IMG/VR virus record: IMGVR_UViG_3300021963_009201
Span: 1 to 64,000 of that record
DNA from: a virus
Length of the DNA: 64,000 nucleotides
Reading direction: 5' to 3' (one strand)
In this document: positions 1-8,849 of the stretch, piece after piece
Layout: each line of letters opens with the position of its first letter
Numbering within the stretch: position 1 is the first letter of the stretch
Made by a program: the position numbers and the translations under genes
The notes under the pieces: model-generated
What the model was told of the DNA's origin: nothing
Seen by the model: only the letters and a program-made list of their open reading frames with translations
The model's database searches: none

Positions 1-1890
1 CCGACAGGAGCAACCGGCGCAGCTTCTACTGTTACGGGTCCGACTGGGCCAACAGGCGCTACTGGAGCGGCTTCCACTGTTACAGGCCCTACCGGTCCAA
101 CAGGAGCGGCTGGCGAAGCCTCAACCGTGACAGGCCCAACAGGCGCAACTGGCGCAGCTTCTACAGTTACTGGACCAACTGGCCCCACTGGACCAATCGC
201 TAATATATCCGCTACCGATACGGTAGCCCAGGGTCGTCTTACGGGCGATCAATCAATCCCTGTCACTACGGACACTCTAATAAGTTTTGTTGATGACTTC
301 GACCCAAATAACTGGTGGGATGCAACCACAAAACGATTTACACCAAACATTGCGGGGTACTACAATGTCGCCCTAGAGGCATGGTGGGTGGCCGGTGGAG
401 CAACGACTAATCAATACAACCTTCAAATTCGAAAGAATGGCAACACTTTCGCTATTTTCCAGAATCAAATTACAACGTCTAATGGCCTATCTCAGGGTGG
501 GTCAAAACTTGTTTACTTGAATGGTTCCACCGATTATGTGGACTTTACGGCATATAACGGCGATTCCTCTTCGAGAAGTATTCAGTGGGGCGGGGGCGCT
601 ACTGGTCAAGGGACATGGTTCTCTGCCTCTTTAGTTACAGTCGGTACTGGACCAACGGGCGCAACTGGGGCATCAGGCCCTACTGGTCCAACGGGTGCTT
701 CAAACCTTGATGGATTAACAGATGTTGTTATAACAAGCGCGCAAAATGGTCAAATATTAGTTTACGATGGAACAAGTTGGATCAATACCGTTAGGTCTAG
801 TAATGAACCTATAGGTCATGAAGACCCAACGCAAAGTACGATGTCATTTAATGAGAGTACTAGGGAATTTTCTATATCCCCAGTATCTGCAAGTCATACA
901 GTTTGGTGTGTTGGAAAACGGTATATAAAAACAACAACAGAAACCATAACAATACCAGATACAAGTGGTCTTTATTATATTTATTATAATACATCAGGAA
1001 GCTTAGCTTATAAGACTACATTCTTTACCTGGGATCAAGATACGCCCACTGCCTACATTTACTGGAACGACTCTACAAACAAAGCTTACTTTTTTGCCGA
1101 TGAGCGTCACGGTATAACACTAGACTGGCAGACCCACGAATACCTTCATAGAACCAGGGGTGCAGTTATTGCTAGCGGCTTTGGTGCTAGCAATTATTCT
1201 ATCGTTGGTGATGGCTCATCGAATAGTCACGCGCAAATTGATATAGCTAATGGTACATTCTTCGATGAGGATCTACAGGTTGACATCGTACACTCCAATA
1301 CTCCAACAGCAAATACTTGGCAACAAGACTTGCAGGGTCCTGGTTTAATTCCTGTTTTTTATCGTTCCGGTTCTAGCTGGGTAAAAGATACAGCTACCAG
1401 CTACCCATTAAAGCAGGGTACGTCAAGAGCTCAATATAATCTTTACAGTGGCGGCACTTGGTCTGCTACCGATGTGACTCAGAACGGTAATTTTACAATT
1501 TCATGGATTGTTGCTACCAACAATTTGAATGAACCAGTCTTGGCAATCATGAACCAAAGTGAATATAACAATATCGGCCAAGCAGAAGCTGCTAAGTTTA
1601 GTGATTTAGACCTAACCGATTTGCCTATAGTTGAGTTCAGACTGCTTTATCGTGTAATTTTCCAAACTAGCTCTACCTACTCTAATACCCCAAAATCTCG
1701 ATTTGCGAACATAATAGACGAGAGGGTTGTATCAACATCGGTAACGGGCATATCTTCTACACCAGTAGCTGATCATGGGTCTCTAGTTGGTCTAGCTGAT
1801 GATGATCACACACAGTACCTGAATCAGACTAGGCATGATGTTCTTGACCACAGAAATGTAAAAATATATTTCTTTATGGAAGTGAATTAA
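1..1890 (+). CDS. Collagen-like fibre protein (5' truncated) with C1q/TNF-like domain and C-terminal globular domain
   Basis: Frame 1 is open from base 1 ([16 protein letters not shown]...), so the gene starts upstream of the window. G-P-T/G-A-T triplets, then a C1q-like segment (FDPNNWWDATTKRFTPNIAGYY...IRKNG...LNGSTDYV), a second short collagen stretch, and an HGSLVGLADDDHTQY motif near the C-terminus. Confidence 0.85.
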   Translation, partial: PTGATGAASTVTGPTGPTGATGAASTVTGPTGPTGAAGEASTVTGPTGATGAASTVTGPTGPTGPIANISATDTVAQGRLTGDQSIPVTTDTLISFVDDFDPNNWWDATTKRFTPNIAGYYNVALEAWWVAGGATTNQYNLQIRKNGNTFAIFQNQITTSNGLSQGGSKLVYLNGSTDYVDFTAYNGDSSSRSIQWGGGATGQGTWFSASLVTVGTGPTGATGASGPTGPTGASNLDGLTDVVITSAQNGQILVYDGTSWINTVRSSNEPIGHEDPTQSTMSFNESTREFSISPVSASHTVWCVGKRYIKTTTETITIPDTSGLYYIYYNTSGSLAYKTTFFTWDQDTPTAYIYWNDSTNKAYFFADERHGITLDWQTHEYLHRTRGAVIASGFGASNYSIVGDGSSNSHAQIDIANGTFFDEDLQVDIVHSNTPTANTWQQDLQGPGLIPVFYRSGSSWVKDTATSYPLKQGTSRAQYNLYSGGTWSATDVTQNGNFTISWIVATNNLNEPVLAIMNQSEYNNIGQAEAAKFSDLDLTDLPIVEFRLLYRVIFQTSSTYSNTPKSRFANIIDERVVSTSVTGISSTPVADHGSLVGLADDDHTQYLNQTRHDVLDHRNVKIYFFMEVN

Positions 1891-1892
1891 AA

Positions 1893-1922
1893 TTGCAATC
1901 CTATCATTAAAGTATGTATAAT
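1893..1922 (+). promoter_or_regulatory. Sigma70/SigA-like promoter
   Basis: TTGCAA (1893-1898), 18 nt spacer, TATAAT (1917-1922), 11 nt upstream of the ATG at 1934. Confidence 0.55.
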
Positions 1923-1933
1923 ACTTCAAATTT

Positions 1934-2527
1934 ATGATAGATAGGATTGTTTTGGATTATCCAAATTGGTTTGTAGCTGGCGGAGCTGAAGAGAATTTCA
2001 AGAAGTACTTGACGCCTTACGCCGGTAAAAAGATTAAAGCATTACAAATAGGCGCTTATACTGGCGATGCAACACTGTGGATGTTTGATAACATTCTAAA
2101 TAATTCGGAATCAACTTTAACAGATGTTGATACTTGGATGGGCTCGGATGAACCAGATCATAAGCCGCTTAATTGGAAAAGTGTTGAAGAGGTATATGAT
2201 AAGAGATTTTTAACTCAAATTTCTTCAGGTAATCTCTTGAAGATGAAAATGACTAGTGATGATTTTTTTCTTTCAAATAAAGAAATGTATGACTTCATTT
2301 ACGTGGATGGCGATCATAAGGCCGAAACTGTTCTACGTGACGGGGTCAATGCGGTACAATGTCTTAACCCTTATGGTATAATAGCATTTGATGATTATAT
2401 GTGGAGTCAGCACAAGGGTCCAGCACACGACCCTAAGGCGGCTATTGACGCAATAAGGCTCTGTTACTCTGATCAATTTACGGTTTTAGAAATTGGACTT
2501 CAAGTATGGATGATAAAAAACAGCTAA
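1934..2527 (+). CDS. Class I SAM-dependent methyltransferase (Methyltransf_24-like)
   Basis: LQIGAYTG SAM-binding motif, VDTW, DFIYVDGDH and GIIAFDDY motifs typical of small-molecule/sugar O-methyltransferases. Confidence 0.85.
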   Translation: MIDRIVLDYPNWFVAGGAEENFKKYLTPYAGKKIKALQIGAYTGDATLWMFDNILNNSESTLTDVDTWMGSDEPDHKPLNWKSVEEVYDKRFLTQISSGNLLKMKMTSDDFFLSNKEMYDFIYVDGDHKAETVLRDGVNAVQCLNPYGIIAFDDYMWSQHKGPAHDPKAAIDAIRLCYSDQFTVLEIGLQVWMIKNS

Positions 2528-3579
2528 AAATAGCAGTCTACTGCATAACTCTAAATGAGGAACAATTCATTGAAAGATGGTACGAATCTGCGAAAGACGC
2601 GGATGAATTAGTCATCGCTGATACTGGGTCTAACGATAATACTGTAAAAATAGCGAAAAAACTTGGTATTAAAGTTTATGATATCTCTGTAAAGCCCTGG
2701 CGATTTGATACTGCCAGGAATGCGTCATTATCACTCATATCTTCAGATATCGATTATTGTATAGCGCTTGATGCGGACGAAATATTAGTTGATGGGTGGC
2801 GTAAGCATTTAGAAGAAATAGACAGAACCCTAACTAGACCAAGATACAAATACACTTGGTCATGGAACCTTGATGGGAGTGAAGGGTTAGTTTACGGTGG
2901 CGATAAGATACACTCAAGGTTTGGTTATCGATGGAAACACCCTGTTCATGAGGTTTTAGTTAAAGATCCCGACTCCCAAGAGGTTCAGGGTTGGGTTGAT
3001 TTAGAAATCCATCACCATCCCGATCAATCTAAGAGTAGGGGCCAGTACGGACCAATGCTAGCTTTGGCAGCAAAAGAAGACCCAGACGATGATAGGGTTG
3101 CCTTTTATTATGGAAGGGAACTAGTTTATATGGGCTTATTTGATCAAGCTTACGATCAGCTTAAGCACCATCTTTCGCTTCCAACTGCAACATGGAAACC
3201 AGAACGTTCGGCTTCAAAAAGGCTTTTAGCAAAATGTAGGCCAGATGAATCCGAGTACTGGCTTTTAAGTGCTGCTGCTGAAGCCCCTGACAGACGAGAG
3301 GCTTGGGTTGATTTAGCTCAAATGTATTACGAAAAAGAAAAGTGGATAGAGTGTTATTCTGCAGCTACTAGGGCGCTTAGCATCATTGAAAAACCTCTAG
3401 AGTACATATGTGACGCAGAAGCATGGGGTGCTAAGCCTCATGATCTAGCTGCAATATCAAGCTTTAGACTAGGCAATAAAGATTGCATCCCTCACGGCAT
3501 AAATGCCTGCACTTTAGAACCAAGTGATGAAAGACTTGCGAAAAATTTACAGTTTTATAAAGAGTTAGCAGAGGATTAA
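2506..3579 (+). CDS. GT-A fold glycosyltransferase family 2 with C-terminal TPR repeats
   Basis: N-terminal YCITLNEE...ADTGSND, F..ARN.SL, LDADE (DxD), HE motif; helical TPR-like C-terminus (FYYGRELV...A.....P.RREAW..LA..YY). Confidence 0.88.
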   Translation: MDDKKQLKIAVYCITLNEEQFIERWYESAKDADELVIADTGSNDNTVKIAKKLGIKVYDISVKPWRFDTARNASLSLISSDIDYCIALDADEILVDGWRKHLEEIDRTLTRPRYKYTWSWNLDGSEGLVYGGDKIHSRFGYRWKHPVHEVLVKDPDSQEVQGWVDLEIHHHPDQSKSRGQYGPMLALAAKEDPDDDRVAFYYGRELVYMGLFDQAYDQLKHHLSLPTATWKPERSASKRLLAKCRPDESEYWLLSAAAEAPDRREAWVDLAQMYYEKEKWIECYSAATRALSIIEKPLEYICDAEAWGAKPHDLAAISSFRLGNKDCIPHGINACTLEPSDERLAKNLQFYKELAED

Positions 3580-3587
3580 GATTTATT

Positions 3588-3923
3588 ATGGCAGTTGGCG
3601 ATAGGTCAGAAAAAAGATTAGCAGGACCCTATACTTTAGGGACAACAAACTCGACTGTTGGTTCTGCTGTCCCAACTTCGAGGGTTTGGGTAACAAAACA
3701 AATTACAATAACTAATACGAATGCGCTTGATGCGACTTTCCGTTTAGCTATAGGTTCGGCCGTTACTGCGGGTAATTGTTTCTTTTACGACATGCCGATA
3801 GCGGCATATGACACTATGGTGTTTGACACATCTCTGGTTTTAATAGCAACTGAATATATCTCTGGTTATTCAAATAGGGGTGCCATTAATGTCGTAATAA
3901 CAGGCTGGGAAAAGGAAGTCTAA
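3588..3923 (+). CDS. Small beta-rich virion protein (fibre adaptor family, paralog of 21943-22272)
   Basis: Shares KRL.GP..L, KQI..TN, MP.AA..T..F, ATE and N..I.G.E with the 21943-22272 product. Confidence 0.65.
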   Translation: MAVGDRSEKRLAGPYTLGTTNSTVGSAVPTSRVWVTKQITITNTNALDATFRLAIGSAVTAGNCFFYDMPIAAYDTMVFDTSLVLIATEYISGYSNRGAINVVITGWEKEV

Positions 3924-4360
3924 TGCCAATAGATAGCGCATTGACTCGTTACAGTTATTTAAGCCCTTCTTCTGAGCCTATGTTTTCTGTGGCTAATGAA
4001 AATGGTTTGCAAGTTTCTGCAACATCAAAAGCATCCTTTAACTCTGTTCTAGTTAATCCCGAAAATGCATGGAGCACATCTTTAAATAGATTCGTTGTTC
4101 CAGCAACTGGTCTTTATGAGTTCAACGTAAGTCTATTGTCGGCTAGTCCTGATAACACTGGTTTTTATTACGAATTTCGCAAAAATGGATCAGCAATGAC
4201 TTTGGGCACCTATCCCAGGGGTTATACGCGAATGCAATATACAGCAAATACGGCAAGCGGCGTGATGCAACTCTTATCTTCAGACTATATAGAGGTATGG
4301 ATCACTGGGGGGACAATGCATTCCTATCACTGTTTCTTTAGTTGTAAGAAGGTCGGATAA
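3923..4360 (+). CDS. C1q/TNF-like domain protein
   Basis: FNSV..N...AW......FVVPATGLYEF...F.KNG...T.SG...L...DYIEVW pattern. Confidence 0.7.
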   Translation: MPIDSALTRYSYLSPSSEPMFSVANENGLQVSATSKASFNSVLVNPENAWSTSLNRFVVPATGLYEFNVSLLSASPDNTGFYYEFRKNGSAMTLGTYPRGYTRMQYTANTASGVMQLLSSDYIEVWITGGTMHSYHCFFSCKKVG

Positions 4361-5217
4361 TGGCATTATCTAACGCTCTTTCAAATTCAATTTTAAAACC
4401 CGGAGTTTGCACATCTTCCGCGAGACCAAGTAACCCTTATGAAGGTCAGTTTATATATGAGACAGATACAGATGCGTTACTAGTTTATAATGGTTCTTCT
4501 TGGATATGTCCTTCTGGCCCATCTTCCGACCCAACTTTGACAAACCAATTCACCCGCAAATCATATGTAGACTCTTTGCATACCACAGCTTACAACAGGG
4601 GTTCCTTAGGCGTGACCAATGCTGCTACAGCACAAACTGCAGCTAATAACGCACAGACTACGGCTAATGCAGCAATGCCTAAGGCTGGAGGTACATTCAC
4701 TGGTACAGTGAATATGGGTAGCCAAGTCTTATACCTTAGAAGTGGTTATAATTCTGAAAACTATTTATGGTGGCAGTCAGGCTCCAACTCAGCTGAGTTA
4801 GCAGGCTATTCTTCTGTTCGCATATACGTTTCTTCAACTGGGCAGTTATTTACCTTCAAGGACACTGGTGTAGCTACTGCCCCATCTTCATGGTATGATA
4901 GTTCATCGATTAGATTTAAAGAAAATATTTTAGAATTAGAACCTTCAGGTATATCTGATTCTATAGATCTTTTAAGACCAGTTTCGTATACTTACAAAGA
5001 AGAGCATAGTAAAAATTCAAGTAACCAAATTGGCTTTATAGCTGAAGAAGTAGCAGAAATAATTCCTGAGGTAGTAGAATATGATGAAGACGGTTTGCCA
5101 TGCGCGATTTCATATTCTCGTCTATCCGTGATCGCATTGTCAGAGATAAAAAGTCTTAGAGAAAGACTAAAAAAATTAGAAGAGAAAATTGATGAACTAT
5201 CTAGACGTGACAGTTAA
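4360..5217 (+). CDS. Tail fibre protein with C-terminal intramolecular chaperone (peptidase S74)
   Basis: SSIRFKENI...LRPVSYTYK...IGFIAEEVAEIIPEVV...ISYSRL...L coiled coil. Confidence 0.85.
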   Translation: MALSNALSNSILKPGVCTSSARPSNPYEGQFIYETDTDALLVYNGSSWICPSGPSSDPTLTNQFTRKSYVDSLHTTAYNRGSLGVTNAATAQTAANNAQTTANAAMPKAGGTFTGTVNMGSQVLYLRSGYNSENYLWWQSGSNSAELAGYSSVRIYVSSTGQLFTFKDTGVATAPSSWYDSSSIRFKENILELEPSGISDSIDLLRPVSYTYKEEHSKNSSNQIGFIAEEVAEIIPEVVEYDEDGLPCAISYSRLSVIALSEIKSLRERLKKLEEKIDELSRRDS

Positions 5218-5878
5218 TACTCCAGGTTCATTCCGTTTATGCAAGGCAGTGCACATACCCGACTATTCGAGGGAAGTTGATAGGCTCCGCTGCGATCATC
5301 ACGGTTGGGGTCCAGTTCCCGTAAACTGGAGTCACGATGCAGACCTTTTTGGCCTTGACTCCGTAAAAAATATTTATGACTTATTAAATTTCAATGTGGT
5401 TATTGATGCAGCTCCGTATTTTTATATAATTTATTCGGAAATATCCAATAACGACAGAACCCAGACTCCTCAAGATAGTCCGGAGAAACAGTACGAATGC
5501 TGGCTAGAAAGACCGGAGACAGTTGCCCCTACTCTTCCCCATTTATTTAGAATGATGATAGAATGGGATTATGTTTTTCATGAGCCTTTCTTTAATAGTG
5601 AACCGTCTGCACGATTAAGTCATGACGCTCTTAGTATTCTTGGTATGACATCATCTGTGAGGGGTTATTTTCTCAACAACTATCCGGATATGCCAGTAGC
5701 TAGGTACCTTAGGGACGATCCAGAAGCAAAAACATCACCAAATGATGGTAATATGATAAAGAGTATTGAAAATTATCTTCAAAAAGTACTAGCAGACTTT
5801 AGTCAAAGGCCAGCAAAAGAAGATATGTGGAACACAACGATAGAGCTACCAAGTTCTGGTCATGTAGATTTTTCTTAG
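5192..5878 (+). CDS. Hypothetical protein
   Basis: Long ORF overlapping the end of the fibre gene; ATG at 5192 (TTG at 5189 in the track); no motif recognised. Confidence 0.6.
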   Translation: MNYLDVTVNTPGSFRLCKAVHIPDYSREVDRLRCDHHGWGPVPVNWSHDADLFGLDSVKNIYDLLNFNVVIDAAPYFYIIYSEISNNDRTQTPQDSPEKQYECWLERPETVAPTLPHLFRMMIEWDYVFHEPFFNSEPSARLSHDALSILGMTSSVRGYFLNNYPDMPVARYLRDDPEAKTSPNDGNMIKSIENYLQKVLADFSQRPAKEDMWNTTIELPSSGHVDFS

Positions 5879-5888
5879 GAGGTGAAAA

Positions 5889-6047
5889 ATGTCGAATGAA
5901 ATAGGAAAAATTGTAATCAACATTAATGAAGATTCTGTAACATGGGAAACAGAAATGGAAATCCCAGAAGTTATCTTTTGGTTGGAAACAACAAAAGCGA
6001 TGGTTATCAATAGAACAATTTTTAGTGATTCTAAAGTAGAATCATAA
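5889..6047 (+). CDS. Small hypothetical protein (52 aa, not in ORF track)
   Basis: Strong Shine-Dalgarno AGGAGGTG (5877-5884), then ATG; translates MSNEIGKIVININEDSVTWETEMEIPEVIFWLETTKAMVINRTIFSDSKVES*. Confidence 0.7.
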   Translation: MSNEIGKIVININEDSVTWETEMEIPEVIFWLETTKAMVINRTIFSDSKVES

Positions 6048-6078
6048 ATTATATAGGTTGAAGTCCTTATTTTATATT

Positions 6079-6097
6079 GGCCTACTTTGTGTAGGCC
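6079..6097. terminator. Stem-loop, possible intrinsic terminator
   Basis: GGCCTAC-TTTGT-GTAGGCC perfect 7-bp inverted repeat in AT-rich intergenic DNA before the portal gene; only a weak U-tract. Confidence 0.35.
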
Positions 6098-6152
6098 TAT
6101 TTAGTTAATGTTACTAACTCATTATCATACATTTTTATAGGTTGGAGCCTTA

Positions 6153-7679
6153 ATGCGCATTAACGATTTTTTCCCAATTCTAAATGCACCTAGCAAAACA
6201 TCTAAAAAACAGGCAACAATTTTACCCGTTGATGATCAAAAAGGTTTATCTAGGGCATTTAGGGTCGCTGCACTGGCTCTTGGATTTCAAAATTTTTCTA
6301 CAAGATCTTATACTGGGGATACGTTTGAGCTTCCTCCTTTTGATTTTGATAGAATTATACAGGCAATAGATACTGATTCATATGCCAAACAAGCTTTTTC
6401 AAAGTATAAGGAATTATTTTGGAAAGAAGGTTGGAATATTGTATCGGAAAATTCTGAAGCTAGGGGATATATTCTTCAAAGAATCGACTTCATGGAAGCA
6501 GCAATGAAGCGTCCATTTCAGGATTTCCTTACTGATGTTGCAGACCAGCTTGTTAAGTTTGGTAATGTTTTTATAGTTAAGGCGCGCGGAGATCTGCAGG
6601 AATATTTTCCTAGCCCATTAAATACAGGGGATAACCAAAAACCATTAATAGGCTATTACATAATCCCGACTGAGCGAGTTGAGATTATGCGTAATAAAAA
6701 TAATAAAGTCTTATGGTATAGACAACGCACAGATATGACAGGGCTTGGCTCAACCGATATGTCGCCAAAATGGAAGGCAGATGATGTCATACACATTTCT
6801 GCGGACCGTAAACCAGGAAGAGTATTTGGGACTCCATTTGTAGTTTCAGCTATTGACGATCTAATTGCACTTCGTCAAATTGAGGAAGATATACAAAATT
6901 TGGTACATAGAGAACTTTTTCCTCTTTATAAGTTTAAGGTCGGAACTAATGATCAGCCCGCCACCGACGAAGAGTTGGATAAAGCCGCGAATGAAATAGA
7001 AGGCCTTAGATCTGAAGGCGCTTTAGTAATGTCAAATAGGCATGATGTAGAGGTGCTTGGGGCAGATGGTAATGTGCTAGATGCTTCGAAGTATTTGGAT
7101 CACTTCAAGGAACGAGTAGCTATTGGTCTTGGAGTCTATCCACACCACCTTGGCATGACATCAAATGCCTCTCAGGCAATGACCGATCGTTTAGATCGTG
7201 CCCTATATGATAAGATTAAAGAGTATCAAAGAAAGTTTGAAGACTCTATGCGATTGTTCATACTCAATGACTTGTTGATAGAGGGCGGATTCGATCCATA
7301 TACTAATCCTGAGGTTGACGGCGTTTCAGACCGTTGTTATTTTAAGTTTAGTGAAATAGATTCTGATACGGAAGTTAAAAAAGGCGCCTATGTAATACAG
7401 AAGGTTCTAGCAGGAATACAAACAATACCTGAAGGTAGGCTTGAATTGGGCATGAAGCCCGATATGGATGTCACTCAAGTTTCCCCAAAGGCTGAACCAC
7501 AACTTTCGACTGGGGCGCAGAACAGTGCTGGACCAAAAAACGGAAGAAAAGGTTCTGATAATATTATTAGGCCAGCAAACCAGTACGGTACAAGAACATC
7601 TCCGAATATTAGGAGATCAGAAAATTTTGAACTAATAAATGAGATAGCTAGATTAGTTGATGATAATATAGAGGAGTAG
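6153..7679 (+). CDS. Portal protein
   Basis: 508 aa, upstream of protease and capsid; QLVKFGNVFI..., IIPTERVEI, VIHI..DRKPG..FGTP motifs typical of phage portals. Confidence 0.8.
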   Translation: MRINDFFPILNAPSKTSKKQATILPVDDQKGLSRAFRVAALALGFQNFSTRSYTGDTFELPPFDFDRIIQAIDTDSYAKQAFSKYKELFWKEGWNIVSENSEARGYILQRIDFMEAAMKRPFQDFLTDVADQLVKFGNVFIVKARGDLQEYFPSPLNTGDNQKPLIGYYIIPTERVEIMRNKNNKVLWYRQRTDMTGLGSTDMSPKWKADDVIHISADRKPGRVFGTPFVVSAIDDLIALRQIEEDIQNLVHRELFPLYKFKVGTNDQPATDEELDKAANEIEGLRSEGALVMSNRHDVEVLGADGNVLDASKYLDHFKERVAIGLGVYPHHLGMTSNASQAMTDRLDRALYDKIKEYQRKFEDSMRLFILNDLLIEGGFDPYTNPEVDGVSDRCYFKFSEIDSDTEVKKGAYVIQKVLAGIQTIPEGRLELGMKPDMDVTQVSPKAEPQLSTGAQNSAGPKNGRKGSDNIIRPANQYGTRTSPNIRRSENFELINEIARLVDDNIEE

Positions 7680-7684
7680 GTTTT

Positions 7685-7975
7685 ATGGAAACACATTTAT
7701 TTGATCGGGGTGCTATGGAAAATCGGAATCAATCATTTATGCTAAATCAAGACAAAGAAGCTGGTCTCAAAAATTCTGTCAATAATGGGCAGGTAAGGCT
7801 TGCTCTCGAGTATGCTCAGTCAATTATTGTAGATTTAATTTCTCGTGTTTCGGAGCTAGAAGGAAAACTTGACTCAATGGCCGAAGGAACTACCGAGAAA
7901 AATAGCATTGAAACAAAAAAGACAACAAGGTCAGTTAAGGCTCCCGAAAAAAGTGGGCAAGTAACAACCGACTGA
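7685..7975 (+). CDS. Hypothetical coiled-coil protein
   Basis: GGAG RBS upstream; LISRVSELEGKL heptad segment. Confidence 0.6.
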   Translation: METHLFDRGAMENRNQSFMLNQDKEAGLKNSVNNGQVRLALEYAQSIIVDLISRVSELEGKLDSMAEGTTEKNSIETKKTTRSVKAPEKSGQVTTD

Positions 7976-8013
7976 GTTTAATCTTTTAGTTTAAATAGGT
8001 ATTAAATACATTT

Positions 8014-8802
8014 ATGAAAATATTAATTGGTAGCCCTGTATATCAGCGGTCATGGATTTTGCCAAAGTGGTTTGAGTGTATAGAGAATCAGTCTATGCCA
8101 TTAGAGGATATAGGTTTTATATTTGAACTTGGCCCTAATGACGATGAGACACATCAGATAATTTGGGACTGGCATATGCGTCATCCCGAAGTTGCATATT
8201 TTGATGCGGTAATACGGGAAGACTTGGGTCACTATACCCATCCAGATGGTCATAGGACGTGGACGAAAACCGCCTATTATAAAATGGTCGATTTAAGAAA
8301 TTCTTTGCTTGAAAAAGTTTCAGCAATAAAACCAGAAAAGTATTTTTCGTTAGATTCAGATTTAATACTTGAGGATACAACTACTCTAGAGAAATTGTAT
8401 CATTCTCTCAACCGCGACAGCGTTGATGCTGTTTCTCCTTTGTCGTACATGTTTCCAAAAGGAACCCAGTTTCCCAGTGTTATGACATGGATTGAGGGGC
8501 CGGGCAAAAGAGCTTCTAGGTCTTTAAACGATTATAAGATCGGAAGTAGTTTTAAGGCCGATGTGATTATGGCTGCAGTTATGATGAATCCAGATGTCTA
8601 CACTAATGTTAGGTACATATGGCATCCGCAAGGTGAAGATTTGGGTTGGTCAAGTGAGTGTCAGCGTAAGGGTTACAACCTTTACTGCATTTCCGATATA
8701 TATGTACCGCATATTATGCATAAGTGGATGCTCGAACAGTATGGGGCAATAGGTGACCCCAGAAAAGAAGAAGCATACAATAACGTTAATACCGCTTTAT
8801 AG
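8014..8802 (+). CDS. GT-A fold glycosyltransferase (GT2-like)
   Basis: KILIGSPVYQR N-terminus, LRN.LL, FSLDSD (DxD), GEDLGWS and C-terminal HIMH. Confidence 0.8.
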   Translation: MKILIGSPVYQRSWILPKWFECIENQSMPLEDIGFIFELGPNDDETHQIIWDWHMRHPEVAYFDAVIREDLGHYTHPDGHRTWTKTAYYKMVDLRNSLLEKVSAIKPEKYFSLDSDLILEDTTTLEKLYHSLNRDSVDAVSPLSYMFPKGTQFPSVMTWIEGPGKRASRSLNDYKIGSSFKADVIMAAVMMNPDVYTNVRYIWHPQGEDLGWSSECQRKGYNLYCISDIYVPHIMHKWMLEQYGAIGDPRKEEAYNNVNTAL

Positions 8803-8805
8803 CTT

Positions 8806-8816
8806 TTACTATATAG
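8806..8816 (+). promoter_or_regulatory. Recurrent TTACTATATAG promoter-like motif
   Basis: Identical 11-mer also at 13373-13383; the core TACTA(T/A) recurs upstream of several structural genes. Confidence 0.55.
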
Positions 8817-8849
8817 CGCACAAGATCTCTAACAAAGCGGAGTAAAATA

